Shown here: positions 11,325 through 24,330 of the stretch, one piece after another
How the letters are laid out: each line of letters starts with the position of its first letter
Position numbering within the stretch: the first letter of the stretch is position 1
Assembly (NCBI RefSeq): GCF_001194135.2
Contig: NC_068981.1
Location: forward strand, 53,970,650 to 54,034,649
DNA: 64,000 bases
Direction of reading: 5' to 3'
Source of the DNA: Octopus bimaculoides
Lineage: Eukaryota
Notes under the pieces: model-generated
Databases searched by the model: none
Told to the model about the DNA's origin: nothing
The model's input: the letters and a program-made list of their open reading frames with translations, nothing else
Position numbers and translations under genes: made by a program

Positions 11325-11554
11325 CTGGGGAAAAAAAAAAAAACCGGCGAAGATTTAAAATGTTTTCAAATAATTTTTGTGTTAAGTGAAATGGGATATT
11401 ATCAAAATCATCTGACACTGAAAGGCTGCCAATGTTCTCTGCCACGTTAGTATCACATAGCATGGAAAAACTGCTAAAATGGAAAGCAGTGGCTGTACTG
11501 AGAGAGGTGGAAGAAAGAAAATATTAAGAGAGGTGACTCAGATATATTGATGAA

Positions 11555-11736
11555 TGGTTGAGTGAGTGAATGAGTGAGTGAGTGAGTGAGTGAGTGAGTG
11601 AGTGAGTGAGTGAGTGAGTGAGTGAGTGAGTGAATGAGTGAGNNNNNNNNNNTGAATGAGTGAGTGAGTGAGTGAGTGAGTGAGTGAGTGAGTGAGTGAG
11701 TGAGTGAGTGAGTGAGTGAATGAGTGAGTGAGTGAG
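11555..11736. repeat. (GAGT)n microsatellite
   Basis: Directly visible; 10-N gap inside. Confidence 0.95.
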
Positions 11737-11747
11737 AGATACTTTGA

Positions 11748-11867
11748 GAGAAAGAGAGATAGAAAGGGAAAGAGAAAAAGAGATAGAAAGGGAAAGAGAA
11801 AGAGAGATAGAAAGGGAAAGAGAAAAAGAGATAGAAAGGGAAAGAGAAAGAGAGATAGAAAGGGAAA
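11748..11867. repeat. 24-bp minisatellite x5 with alternating variants (ABABA)
   Basis: A=GAGAAAGAGAGATAGAAAGGGAAA, B=GAGAAAAAGAGATAGAAAGGGAAA. Confidence 0.9.
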
Positions 11868-12499
11868 GAGAGAGAGAGGGTGGAAAGAGAGAAATACAAT
11901 AAGTGAAATATGCAATATCAATTCCATTCTCATTTCTATTTCGGTCCCATTGAGATCTCTCGATTTCTATGAATGAGAATGTTGTACATATTTGTTTTTA
12001 AAGGTGTTCTCCATTAGCCTTATGTTGTTCTTTTCTATACTATACTTATCCAAGCATAAGCTATTGAAATTGCATGCTAGTCTTTGGTTCCAATGCATTT
12101 CTATTTATCTAACCTCTGTGCAATGCTTCTGTTAATTAATACTAAATACATAAACATATACGATGAGCATCTGCACAGTTTATCAACCACGTATTCAGCT
12201 CACAAGGTATGGTAAAGGACACTTGTGTAAAAGCTGCTCTTGGGAAAAAAACTTGGAGCGACTTGTTTCGGAGCAATGTTCTTATTAGAGAATTTGTGAT
12301 CTGAAGGTTAATAGGGAAGTTTAATTTTTTTTGTCTTTTTCTCCATAAGTTATCCTTGTTCGAACATATTCAATGGGCAAAGATATTCTAGACTTTATAA
12401 TTCCCGTCTATGCCTTATCCCAATTTACCGTTTAAAATGGTAAGGTATGATTTGCGAGATTTTTAGCTGCTGTTTCTGAACATCTTGTGCACTCACAGG

Positions 12500-12715
12500 T
12501 GCCCTTGTGTTTGTGTATTCCTCTCACCACCGCTTGACAACTGATGTTGAATTTTTTCAGATCGATGTAGCAGAGAGGTTCGGCAGAAGAGATCGACTGA
12601 GTAAGTACCAAACTTAAAATTAAGTACTGGGGGCGATTTGTTCGTCCACATTCTTTAACTTTAAGGTGGTTCCCCAGCATGGTCACAGTACAATGAATGA
12701 AACAGGCAAATGATA
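12500..12715 (+). mobile_element. Diverged SINE family B 3' half
   Basis: CCGCTTGACAAC...GGTTCGGCAGAAGAG...GGTGGTTCCCCAGCATGGTCACAG. Confidence 0.75.
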
Positions 12716-14129
12716 AAGATGAGCACTTTCGCAGGTAGGAAATTTTAAAAAAATCTTTTCGAGCTTAATAATTTTCAGAAAATTTGCGAAAGACAAGTGA
12801 TTAAATCATCTAATAAAAACAAACTAAAACAGCTTAGCAATTTTATGTCATAATACAATATCATTGAAAAAAAAAATCAACAACTCATTTTTAATGCAAG
12901 TCACATTTTGCAAACAACGTGAACCACTGGGCGCCATCATGTTCTTTCTGAGTATTTAATCCTATAAATATACCTTTCTACACATATGTCATAATAACAT
13001 GAAAATCATGGGAATTCCGCTGCGATGCATGCAGTGACACCCTCTCGTAATGCTCCGACACATTAACATTCAATATTCAACGATCAGCTAATAGGAGAAT
13101 GCCTTACATTGAGCCAAGGCAAAAACGACTAAAATGTCGGTCTGCCTACTTACCGTTGGCGACCAAAATGTTTTGTCCGCAGAAGGGTTAATACATATAT
13201 CATTCAACTAAATCCTTCAGTACTCTTCGTATCCATGGGATCATGTTGCTGCAACACAAATAAACATCTCAGATAAACCGATCATTTGGCCGATTGGCCA
13301 AAAATCAATCACCAACGGGCTTGACTCCAACTATTAGTTTACATATGCTCTGGTATCTTCTGAAGAAGAAAAACTGCGTATACTCTTAGAGAGAATACGC
13401 ACTGTTTCTTCTTTCTGCGTCTTTTATTACTAATACAATGGCCTTAGCTCAACAGAATTACCTTATCACATATCCTTTCTACCCATGCCAATTCTTTTCC
13501 CAATCTTTTTTCATCCCAGCAACATTATTGTGCATATTACATTTACATACATATATCCAGACAGGCATGCGTATATGCCAAAAGAAACAAAACAAAACAA
13601 GACTGAAAAAAAAAAAACTCCCAAGAGTTTTAAGAGTTAAACAGTTATCAATCTACTGAAGTTAAGCCAGTGAAGAAAAATCACTGACTTTAAACCAAAT
13701 ACATTGGGGAGCAGCATGGTTCTAACTTTTCAGAGAAAACTGAGATTGCGTGTAATATTTTTTCATTTTGCATGCAATGCTAAATTCTATTTGTTGAGAA
13801 AGAAAGAACGAAGGAAGGAAAAAAAGAAGTGGTTGAAGAAATTGATAATAGTCGGATAAATATGCACCATTTCGAGGACAAGTAAAAAGAAACATTGTAG
13901 TATATAAAGACAATAAGGATAACGAAAAAGGAAAAGGAGAGAAAACATTTAAGACCAGCATTAACTACAAAGTATTAAGAGAAGCCCCCACCCACCAGTA
14001 AAACATGGAAGTATGCAAAAATGAACCTAAGCAAATAGGCAAATAGCTTCTCACGACAGAAAAAAGTTACACACGCACGCACACACGCACACACGCGCGC
14101 GCTTATATATATACATACATCACAGAACA

Positions 14130-14172
<43 letters not shown>

Positions 14173-14574
14173 CACACATAAATTTGTGTGTTGGATGAAA
14201 AGGAAATTGTAAAGCAGATTACAATGAAGGTATATATTACGATGAAACGAGAGACATGAATGATTAACTATAAACAATGTTTTGGCAGTTGTCAATTGTG
14301 GATCTATTCTTCTGTCGTCATGTAAAACATGAAAAGTTCGATAACGATTTCTTAGCGAGAGTATGAGAAAAAAAAAAAAGAAAAAAAAAGAGGAAGAAAT
14401 ACTAACTGCAAAAGCTGTTTTGGTTAAGCATAGAAATGGAATGAGAGAATATCTCTCTTATGAAAGGCAGTACATTTATTTTTATGAATAAAAGTCTTAG
14501 TATTAAGATTGATATAGTTAATATCGAGGTTTAACATTGCAGGTTAGAGTAATAAAGAATCATAGGGTAATTGT

Positions 14575-14718
14575 CAGGGCCGGCTCAAGGTACAGGCAAC
14601 TCGTGCTAGGGGGTGCCGAGGAGGGTTTGACAAAGACAAGAAAATTTCCACGACCGTTAGTCTGTACACACCGAAGTTCAGCTTGCCTGGGGCGCCAGCA
14701 AACCTAGGGCTGGCCCGC
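14575..14718. mobile_element. Short GC-rich hAT-like MITE remnant
   Basis: Starts CAGGGCCGGCTC and ends GGGCTGGCCCGC (imperfect inverted ends); TSD not convincing. Confidence 0.4.
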
Positions 14719-14993
14719 GAATTTTTTTTTTTCCATGAGAGTTCTGGATCCCAGTTATGAACTCATTTGCATACAGCCAATCATAGCTCAACTATTAAAC
14801 TAGTGTGCGTTATAGCAAAATCTGTTCTAAACGGATTAATAGGAGTGACCGATGATGCCATAAGTGTTGCCAATTTGCGTAATTTACTAGAAAATGTAAA
14901 TGAGTGTAGTTTCCTAATTTTTGACTGATTTTGTACATTCCTAATTTAAAATATTGGTATTGATCTGGAAACATCGTAATCAATATGGCGTTG

Positions 14994-15411
14994 GGATCTT
15001 TCTGATTTGGCGGACACCATTTTTTATTTAGTGTGTTTTCTACCGAAACACTTTAAAACTTCGTATACTTGTATATTTTGTCTTATAAAACAGAGAAAAA
15101 ATTTTATATTCGAAGTTATTTCATGTTAAAAGTTGTCGTATTTCGGTAATTTCAACCAATCACTGACCAATTACTGCTGTGGATTGTCAACAAGACATTG
15201 TGGCGGTGTAATGGGATCTTTTCCGTTGAATAAAATTAGTGCCGTTGTTTGTCAACAACAACTATCGGCAGTACTGTTATTTATGACATCGTTCGTGCGT
15301 TTGTACTGGTTTTAGCTTTAGGGTTTTAGGGTTAGGGTTAGGGTTAGGGTTAGGGTTATGAGTATTTTTGCCAAATTTGGTGAAAATTTTGTGGCGGTGT
15401 ATTGAACAGAT
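14994..15411. mobile_element. Variant or partial copy of the TTAGGG-bearing GGATC-terminus MITE
   Basis: About 175 bp homologous to the arms of 8896-9558 (e.g. AAGTTGTCGTATTTCGGTAATTTCAACCAATCACTGAC); six TTAGGG units at 15318-15355. Confidence 0.75.
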
Positions 15412-15486
15412 TTTCACGCGCACAAACACACACACACAAACACAACATAGCCACACGCATGCGTACGTGCAGAGATATACACATAA

Positions 15487-15522
<36 letters not shown>

Positions 15523-16149
15523 TATATGTGTGTATACATGTATATATATTCTTTGTATTATTACATTATTGAACGCACACGTCCTTTTTTGCAAGTAAGT
15601 CTACTATATATATATATATATAAGCATTTACTTTTCGTAATGAGATAAAAAAAAAAAAAGCCAAGGCTGTGTGCATTATAGAACATTTATAAATAGAAGG
15701 TCTAACAGCTGTTTCCAAGATATTTATTATATCCTTTCATCGGAGACGGTGTGAGAGGATGGTTAAGCAATAGTTAATTTAGATAAGATAGGAGATAGAG
15801 AGTGAATGCAGGGATATTGTATTTGTAAATGCATTGTTTAGGCAGAATGGTATACATATAAGATTCCAATACATCGTGAGTAAAATCCAACAGTTTTTAT
15901 AATAAGTATCCTGGAAACAGCTGTAAGACATTCTATTTATGAATGTTCTATAATGCACACAGTCTTGTTTTTTGTTTTGTTTTTATCTCATTACGAAAAA
16001 TAAATCCTTATATTCACACGCTGATATATGACCTACGTTGGACCCCTTTTTCGCATAATCACCGAACCTGGAGCTTAACTATGGTCTATCCATAGCACTT
16101 ACTCAGCATTACCTGAAACCTCTGGGTCTAATTGACACCACTATCGCTC

Positions 16150-16204
<55 letters not shown>

Positions 16205-16364
16205 CAATGTATGTGAATATATGCACACATACATGCACATACACACAATCGCTCACATACACTCACGCACACATATAATTTCTTCGTCGCTAATATAAAT
16301 ATATTGCTTGCAAGACGCATTCCTTTTCCTTCAATTTCGACGGAGTGAGAGAGGAACGAGTGAG

Positions 16365-16378
16365 AAGAGAGAGAGAAA

Positions 16379-16449
<71 letters not shown>

Positions 16450-16490
16450 AGAGAGAGATAGAGAAAGAGAGAGAGAGAGAGAGAAAGCGA
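16365..16490. repeat. (GA)n-rich microsatellite
   Basis: Directly visible. Confidence 0.9.
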
Positions 16491-16637
16491 GGAGTGGGAA
16501 AGAAGCCTTCTCACCTTTCACAAATTTCAGTTTATAATCCTGTCCAGTGCTAATGTCGTTATCCACCTAGGAATTACAATTATCTTAAGAGATGTCCTTG
16601 CAGGACATCACTCAAGGATGTTTTGATACAATGGTTT

Positions 16638-16689
<52 letters not shown>

Positions 16690-16726
16690 GTTGATGTTGC
16701 TTTTGCCACTGCTGCTGCTGCTGCTG

Positions 16727-16776
<50 letters not shown>

Positions 16777-16777
16777 N
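16638..16777. repeat. (CTA)n/(CTG)n triplet array running into a gap
   Basis: Directly visible. Confidence 0.95.
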
Positions 16778-17650
16778 NNNNNNNNNNNNNNNNNNNNNNN
16801 NNNNNNNNNNNNNNNNNNNNNNNNNNNNNNNNNNNNNNNNNNNNNNNNNNNNNNNNNNNNNNNNNNNNNNNNNNNNNNNNNNNNNNNNNNNNNNNNNNNN
16901 NNNNNNNNNNNNNNNNNNNNNNNNNNNNNNNNNNNNNNNNNNNNNNNNNNNNNNNNNNNNNNNNNNNNNNNNNNNNNNNNNNNNNNNNNNNNNNNNNNNN
17001 NNNNNNNNNNNNNNNNNNNNNNNNNNNNNNNNNNNNNNNNNNNNNNNNNNNNNNNNNNNNNNNNNNNNNNNNNNNNNNNNNNNNNNNNNNNNNNNNNNNN
17101 NNNNNNNNNNNNNNNNNNNNNNNNNNNNNNNNNNNNNNNNNNNNNNNNNNNNNNNNNNNNNNNNNNNNNNNNNNNNNNNNNNNNNNNNNNNNNNNNNNNN
17201 NNNNNNNNNNNNNNNNNNNNNNNNNNNNNNNNNNNNNNNNNNNNNNNNNNNNNNNNNNNNNNNNNNNNNNNNNNNNNNNNNNNNNNNNNNNNNNNNNNNN
17301 NNNNNNNNNNNNNNNNNNNNNNNNNNNNNNNNNNNNNNNNNNNNNNNNNNNNNNNNNNNNNNNNNNNNNNNNNNNNNNNNNNNNNNNNNNNNNNNNNNNN
17401 NNNNNNNNNNNNNNNNNNNNNNNNNNNNNNNNNNNNNNNNNNNNNNNNNNNNNNNNNNNNNNNNNNNNNNNNNNNNNNNNNNNNNNNNNNNNNNNNNNNN
17501 NNNNNNNNNNNNNNNNNNNNNNNNNNNNNNNNNNNNNNNNNNNNNNNNNNNNNNNNNNNNNNNNNNNNNNNNNNNNNNNNNNNNNNNNNNNNNNNNNNNN
17601 NNNNNNNNNNNNNNNNNNNNNNNNNNNNNNNNNNNNNNNNNNNNNNNNNN

Positions 17651-18035
17651 TGTGTGTGTGTTTGTGTGTACGTGCGTGCGTGCGTGCGTGTTTATGTTTG
17701 TACGTGTGTGTGTGTGTTCGAGTGTGTGTGTGTTTGTGTGTACGTGCGTGCGTGCGTGCGTGTTTATGTTTGTACGTGTGTGTGTGTGTTCGAGTGTGTG
17801 TGTGTGTGTTTGAGTGTGTGTGTGTGTTCACGAGACTGCGTGCACATGCATATATAATCATGCAATAGTGTGTAGAAATATACACATGAAAATATATACG
17901 TATACATACATGTATGTGTGCATATTTACAAATGTGTGTATGTGTGTATGTGTGTGTATGTGTGTGTGTGTATGTGTGTGTGTATGTGTGTGTATGTGTG
18001 TGTGTGTATGTGTGTGTGTATGTGTGTGTGTGTAA
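17651..18035. repeat. 72-bp composite minisatellite (x2+) and (TG/TATG)n tracts
   Basis: TTCGAG recurs at 17717 and 17789 with identical 72-bp units. Confidence 0.85.
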
Positions 18036-18432
18036 TAGCACACATAAACGATACATTGAAGGTGAAGAGACTGTGTGAGAACATTTTCTTTCAGTCTAAC
18101 ACAGCAACAAAGATTCCTTTATTTACGAATAACTATTTGTAATTAAGAAACTTTCAACTAAATGGTCTCGCTTCTCGAAATATCACTAAAGATTGTTGAT
18201 TTCTTCAGCTCCAACAGCTTATCGTTTGATAAAGACTTTAAAAATCGTAAACAAAAAACAAACAAAACAAATGTATTTGATACAAACACGATGGCGTGTG
18301 TGTCTATGTGTCACACCTTGAAAAGTGAGTATGTGTGTATGTAGAAGTGTGAGTTTGAGCACACGTATGCGCGCACACATACGTATGCAAGCATGTATGT
18401 ACGTACGTACGTGCGTATGTATACACGTGTAA

Positions 18433-18468
<36 letters not shown>

Positions 18469-19069
18469 GTATGTATATATATATATAGCAATAAGAAAAT
18501 GGAAGGGAATATGTGGTACTCATCAACTTGCAGACATTGTATTATGTCAATTTACCTGTTTATTTTTCAACTAAGAGGACAGGACAATAAAACCAATATA
18601 CAAACACATATGACATATTATGTCATATCAGTAATAAAAAATAAAAAGGACATGTAGTGACCGAAGAAAGGACAATGTCTTTACAGCTGTTTCAGCCTAG
18701 TGGTGACATGCCTCATTCTATCTACATAACTCCAGTAAGCTGGAGTAATTGATAGATGAAATGGGTGAAAATAGAGGAACATGTATGGTTCTCTAGGCCT
18801 CTTCAGAGATTTACAGAGTTCATGGAGTTAATTTACAATATACAAATATAAACATAAAAAAAACTATAAAAATCATAGAAACTCACATATATATATATAT
18901 GCATATGCATGCATACTTTGACATATATAGATATACATAAATAAATTAACATAAATACATAAATATATATGTGTATACTTAAGTGTATATACATAAACGT
19001 CTATACATGCACACCAATGAGTTCATTGTTATTGTTATTATACATAAGGACACATATATATACCCACCC

Positions 19070-19116
<47 letters not shown>

Positions 19117-19850
19117 AAATATATATGTATGTATATTATATGCATATCTGTATTATATATTATATATAAAATATAATACAATATATATATATATGTGTGT
19201 GTGTGTGTGTATATGTCTACATGTATATGTATGGATTTACAACCTTATCTATATATACACATATACACACGATTGTCACGCTAATTTGTATTAAGACAAT
19301 ACTTCTGTTAATTTTGTGCGTTTACCTTGTGATATCGCTAAAACTACATTCAAGTTCCTTAACTTCCACGAAAGCGATGCGATAGCTTTTTTAGAAACCT
19401 CTCTGAAATTAAATTTACTATAGATATAAAACTTTTCTACAATTCTCTCTCAATATCTTCCTTGTTTTCTGCACAACATTTTATTTGCATCCAATTTCAT
19501 TACCTCCCTTCTACTAATCTCCCATAATTTAATCTCCAAGAACACTCCAACGCAGGCATCAGAAACAATTTCATTATAGTTTTTTTTACTCGAGAACAGC
19601 ACACACTTCGAAATGCTCGGGATAACAATTTTTGATAACCTATCAAGAAGTCACATTCAGCATGTCTCTATACTGTAAAGATGAGCTTTGCCAGGAAAGG
19701 CTTTGAACTTATACAGAGCATCAGTTTCACCCATACACTACAATATTTCTCATAGAGCTTGCACCCAATAGTCATACATCACATACACTAAAGTATCTTC
19801 AGCAAAATACTATTTGGCATTCACCCACCGAGATTTGACAACTATTCACA

Positions 19851-19911
<61 letters not shown>

Positions 19912-20107
19912 TCTACTTCCCCTCCGCTTCCTTCTTCTTCTTCTTCTTCTTCTTCTCCTCCTCCTCTTCCTCCTCCTCTTCCTCCTCCTCTTCCCCCTCC
20001 TCTTCCTTCTCTCTTCCTCCTCTTCCTCCTCCTCATCCTACAACTGCCACTGCTGCTGCTTCCCCTCTCCTCCTCATCCTCTTACAACAACAACAACAAC
20101 AACAACA

Positions 20108-20170
<63 letters not shown>
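19851..20170. repeat. Compound triplet array (CTA, CTG, CTT, CTC, CAA, CTA)
   Basis: Directly visible. Confidence 0.95.
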
Positions 20171-20194
20171 GTTCTTATCCACATTCTCTAGCTA

Positions 20195-20570
20195 GACGAT
20201 ATTGACCGGAAGGAAACGTACCGTTCAGCTACCACGCAAAGGGCCATGGAAAGATCCATGCTAGGAAGATCATTGCGAGTGCATATCCGAAATAAGGGGA
20301 TTCTAGAACGAAGCGGAATGAACGATGTGGTCGCAGAATATCGAAAGCATAAATTTCATAGGATAGGACACGTCGCAAAGTTCACAGACAAACAAGTGGA
20401 CCCGTGCAATTGCCGAGTGGTATCCAAAAGATCAGAAAATGTCACTAGAACGGACTCGATGACGGCAGGAAAATGACTTTGTTAAACAATTAGGGACACG
20501 ATGGAAAAGAATGATGCAATCAAGAAGGAAATGGAAACGGATTGTGACCGACGATGCAAAACAATATCTA
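20195..20570 (+). mobile_element. RTE-clade LINE 3' fragment (post-RT region)
   Basis: TQRAMERSMLGRSLRVHIRNKGILERSGMNDVVAEYRKHKFHRIGHVAK, typical of RTE C-terminal regions. Confidence 0.8.
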
Positions 20571-20639
20571 GTCGATACACATTATGTATGTATGTGTATA
20601 CACACACACACACACACATATACACAAACGCGCGCGTGC

Positions 20640-20790
20640 GATGGTGTGCTGAAAAGTTCCTGGCTGTGAGTAAGAGAAAATACAGGAGGATCAGTTAATT
20701 ATGATTTTATTCCCCTCTCAGATTCACACACTTATTGCAGCAGTCCCTCAGTTTTTCTAAGGCCTGTAAAAAAACTCAGAAGGTTGGGCC
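20640..20790. mobile_element. Mariner-derived MITE fragment, truncated by a SINE A copy
   Basis: Mariner-type end GTGCTGAAAAGTTCCTGGCT; reverse strand reads like a transposase stop region (KCVNLRG). Confidence 0.6.
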
Positions 20791-20935
20791 GCGCCGGACT
20801 GAATTCTTATGCGGCATTTCTTCCAGTTTTACGTTCTGCGTTCAAATGTCACCGAGATTCACTTTGCCTTTCACCTTTTCGGGGGCGGGAAAATAAGTAC
20901 CAGTTTAGAAACTGAGGTCGATGAAGGAGATCCAT
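20791..20935 (+). mobile_element. SINE family A fragment
   Basis: TTACGTTCTGCGTTCAAAT...CTTTGCCTTTCACC...TAAGTACCAG. Confidence 0.75.
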
Positions 20936-21739
20936 GGATGCTTCCTCCAATGTAAACGACACTGGATAAAATGTGTGGTTTTAGAGGGTGATTTCTTCGA
21001 AGGAGATTAATTGCTAAATTGATATATATTGTAGTTTTCTTTTTATAGCACCAGTCCCGATACTTTTTTTTGATCAGACTTCGCACGCGCGAGCACACAC
21101 TCACACAACACACGCATACACAAGCGCGCATGCAATCATGCGGGTGAGTGATTTCTATTTTCTTTTTCATAGATTACTTCAGAGTTTCATGAACGACATT
21201 TACATATTCCGAGTTGTTGCAAATTACGACAGTAACTATACACACGCCCAATACACAGCCACATATATATTCTATTGAAGGCCATATGTTTCCATCTGCT
21301 ATTCTCATGGCAGCCATTTTACGATATCATATTACCACTATCTGATGTATTTATCTATGTCGGCGAAGTGACCATTTCAAAATGAAACTGATACTCAGTT
21401 TTCCATCTCTGATATGCTAGGTCAATACATCAACAAGGTGTGGTACTGTAACCTCAAACACATTTTATCTACGCCAATTTGCGAGTGGTACCAGCCGACA
21501 TTTTGTAGAATCTTAAGTAAGTAAATTTGAAAATAACTTCATGAACATAATTATTTCTTTTGAAAGCTTCATCGATCGAATACTATTATTATAGAAGTAA
21601 CATTTGGTGTGAATAGGTCGAAAGAAATAACCAAGTTGTGAATTATATATATATATGTAAAATATATATAAACAACTCGAAATAAAACTTGTAGTGTTGC
21701 ATGAGTCATTTTATATGTCACCTTTTAAAATCTTTTATC

Positions 21740-21941
21740 TATTACTCGTTTCAGTCATTTGACGGCGGCCATGATGGAGCATCACCTTGAAAGGTTCAGT
21801 CGAACAAATCGACTCAGTATTATTTTTATGTCTGGTACTTGTCGAAAAGTATGGGGATGTAAACAAACCAACTCTGGTTGTTAAGCGATGGTGGTGGGGA
21901 CAAATACAAACTCAAAGGCATACATATGTGTGCGTGTGTAT

Positions 21942-21995
<54 letters not shown>

Positions 21996-22196
21996 ATATA
22001 TATATATATATGTATATATAATATATATATATAATAATATATATAATATATATATAATANNNNNNNNNNNNNNNNNNNNNNNNNNNNNNNNNNNNNNNNN
22101 NNNNNNNNNNNNNNNNNNNNNNNNNNNNNNNNNNNNNNNNNNNNNNNNNNNNNNNNNNNNNNNNNNNNNNNNNNNNNNNNNNNNNNNNNNNNNNNN

Positions 22197-22230
<34 letters not shown>

Positions 22231-22430
22231 CATGTATGTGTGTGTATGTGTGAATATATATATATCTATATGACAGGCTTCCACACAATTTCCGTCTACC
22301 GAATTCGCTCACAAAGCATTGGTGAACCCAGGGCTATAGTAGAAGACACTTGCCCAAGGTGCCGTGCAAGGACTGAACCCAAAACCACGCAGTTGCAAAG
22401 CGAGCGTCTTAACTACTCAGCGAAGTGTGA
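21740..22430 (-). mobile_element. SINE family B copy split by an expanded (TA)n tract and gap
   Basis: Tail at 21740-21915 and head at 22270-22430 are collinear with other B copies. Confidence 0.75.
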
Positions 22431-22583
22431 TATCAACGTCTTTCTCTAAGGTATGAGAGTTGAGAGAATTTTCTTCAACTAAAAAACAGAAACTTCATTG
22501 TGTACTCTGCTCAACGGTTCTTGCCTTTATGGCGTATAACATCGACATACATACACACACACATGTATATATGTATGTATATA

Positions 22584-22623
<40 letters not shown>

Positions 22624-22973
22624 TATATATATATATGTATATATACATGTGTGTGTATGTATATATATATGTATATATATATATTTATATATANNNNNNN
22701 NNNNNNNNNNNNNNNNNNNNNNNNNNNNNNNNNNNNNNNNNNNNNNNNNNNNNNNNNNNNNNNNNNNNNNNNNNNNNNNNNNNNNNNNNNNNNNNNNNNN
22801 NNNNNNNNNNNNNNNNNNNNNNNNNNNNNNNNNNNNNNNNNNNNNNNNNNNNNNNNNNNNNNNNNNNNNNNNNNNNNNNNNNNNNNNNNNNNNNNNNNNN
22901 NNNNNNNNNNNNNNNNNNNNNNNNNNNNNNNNNNNNNNNNNNNNNNNNNNNNNNNNNNNNNNNNNNNNNNNNN

Positions 22974-23021
<48 letters not shown>

Positions 23022-23952
23022 ACACTCATTCTTTCCTTAAGGGTATAGTAATTCTGTAATCTGATCGATATCAGTATATTATTTGTATCAGAAGAATAGA
23101 AGTATAATTTGGCCTCGGCGGCTTTTGAACTTCGAAGTGTAAAGCTTCTAGTCTTAACGTACACATATTGAGTTTCAAAGAAACGGTGGTCGTTTTTTTC
23201 TCCCCGTACAGAGTTCATCTTATTGAACAAAGTCAACCAATAATTATATATGTGCAAAAGAAGAACAAAAAGAAAAAAAAGGAAAAGGAACAAAGAAAAG
23301 AAAAAAAATGCTGTTTTTGTTTTCTATGTTTTCCCCAGCTTTGAAGTACATCATTCGATACAGATGAATAATAAAAACATTAAAAAAAATAGTTTTGACT
23401 TCGTAAATATCTTGCTATCTTCCGTTACGCTTTTGAGATTTTTAGAACTTCAAAACATGATTTATTCTGAAAAAAGAAAAAGAAAAAAAGAAACGAAAAT
23501 AATAATAATAACAGTAAAAAATACGTAGGTTGTATAGAACAGAAATACGAAGTCATAACTTTGCTTTTCATAAAAATGAGACCTAAAACAAACTAATAAA
23601 AAACAACAATAACGATAATTCTTTTCTTCCTATCGTACCTTTGATTATCTATGTTCAATTTTAGAAAGCTTAACTGTATTATTTCAATAGAAAATAACAA
23701 TCGGCTTTTTGTTGTAAGGAATATGATTTTAACAATATCGAATTTTCAGTAGATCTAAATCTCACTTTCTTTTCTTTCTTCCAAATCTTTGTAATTTTCG
23801 TGTCCCCGATTTCTCCTATAAAAATAACCTTTCACCTAAATTTAAAATGAAAAATTCGCAACTGTGGCTTGTTTACTTTATTGCCTTTTTATTCATTTTT
23901 ATCGAAACCTTTGCTGTTACTCTTACTGCTACAGCTAATGCTGCTGCTGCTG

Positions 23953-23983
<31 letters not shown>

Positions 23984-23993
23984 NNNNNNNNNN

Positions 23994-24028
<35 letters not shown>

Positions 24029-24290
24029 AGTTTTCAAAAGCTGTTTTCTGATTTTAGAATATGTAGTTGATTTCACGAAATGTCGTCCAATAATAATAGT
24101 TGATTTGTACGGATCACCTAAAGTGAAGTTTTTGGAATTAGAGGAACGCCTTCTCCTCCACCAAATACCACACACACACACATAACAGTTGCTAGAATTC
24201 AATATCTTTTTATCATTTTTTTCTACACCCACTATTTGTAAACATTCAATTCATTTGCCCAATATACATATGTATGTATGTATATACATA

Positions 24291-24330
<40 letters not shown>

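Noticed and set aside
11330-11480. Protein-like frame MLCDTNVAENIGSLSVSDDFDNIPFHLTQKLFENILNLRR
   Set aside because: No usable donor, it runs into a T13 tract that looks like an intron end, and no homology is recognised.
12956-13191. Possible piggyBac-like MITE (right end GCAGAAGGG|TTAA)
   Set aside because: No matching left TIR after the upstream TTAA.
13151-13245. Minus-strand segment with strong acceptor (TGTGTTGCAG) and donor (ACG|GTAAGT)
   Set aside because: Stops in all three frames and overlap with a repeat-like end; at most a non-coding exon, with no support.
16592-18056. Longest ORFs in the track (421 and 482 aa), and similar ones at 22460-23293, 46850-47269, 52008-52858 and 56878-57362
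   Set aside because: They stay open only because they run through N-gaps and microsatellites.
19560-19830. Possible L2/CR1 LINE 3' remnant on the minus strand
   Set aside because: Only one short motif (LLDRL.K) is recognisable, which is too weak to call.
24026-24232. 68-aa minus-strand ORF
   Set aside because: Partly microsatellite-derived, with no donor site and no recognisable motif.
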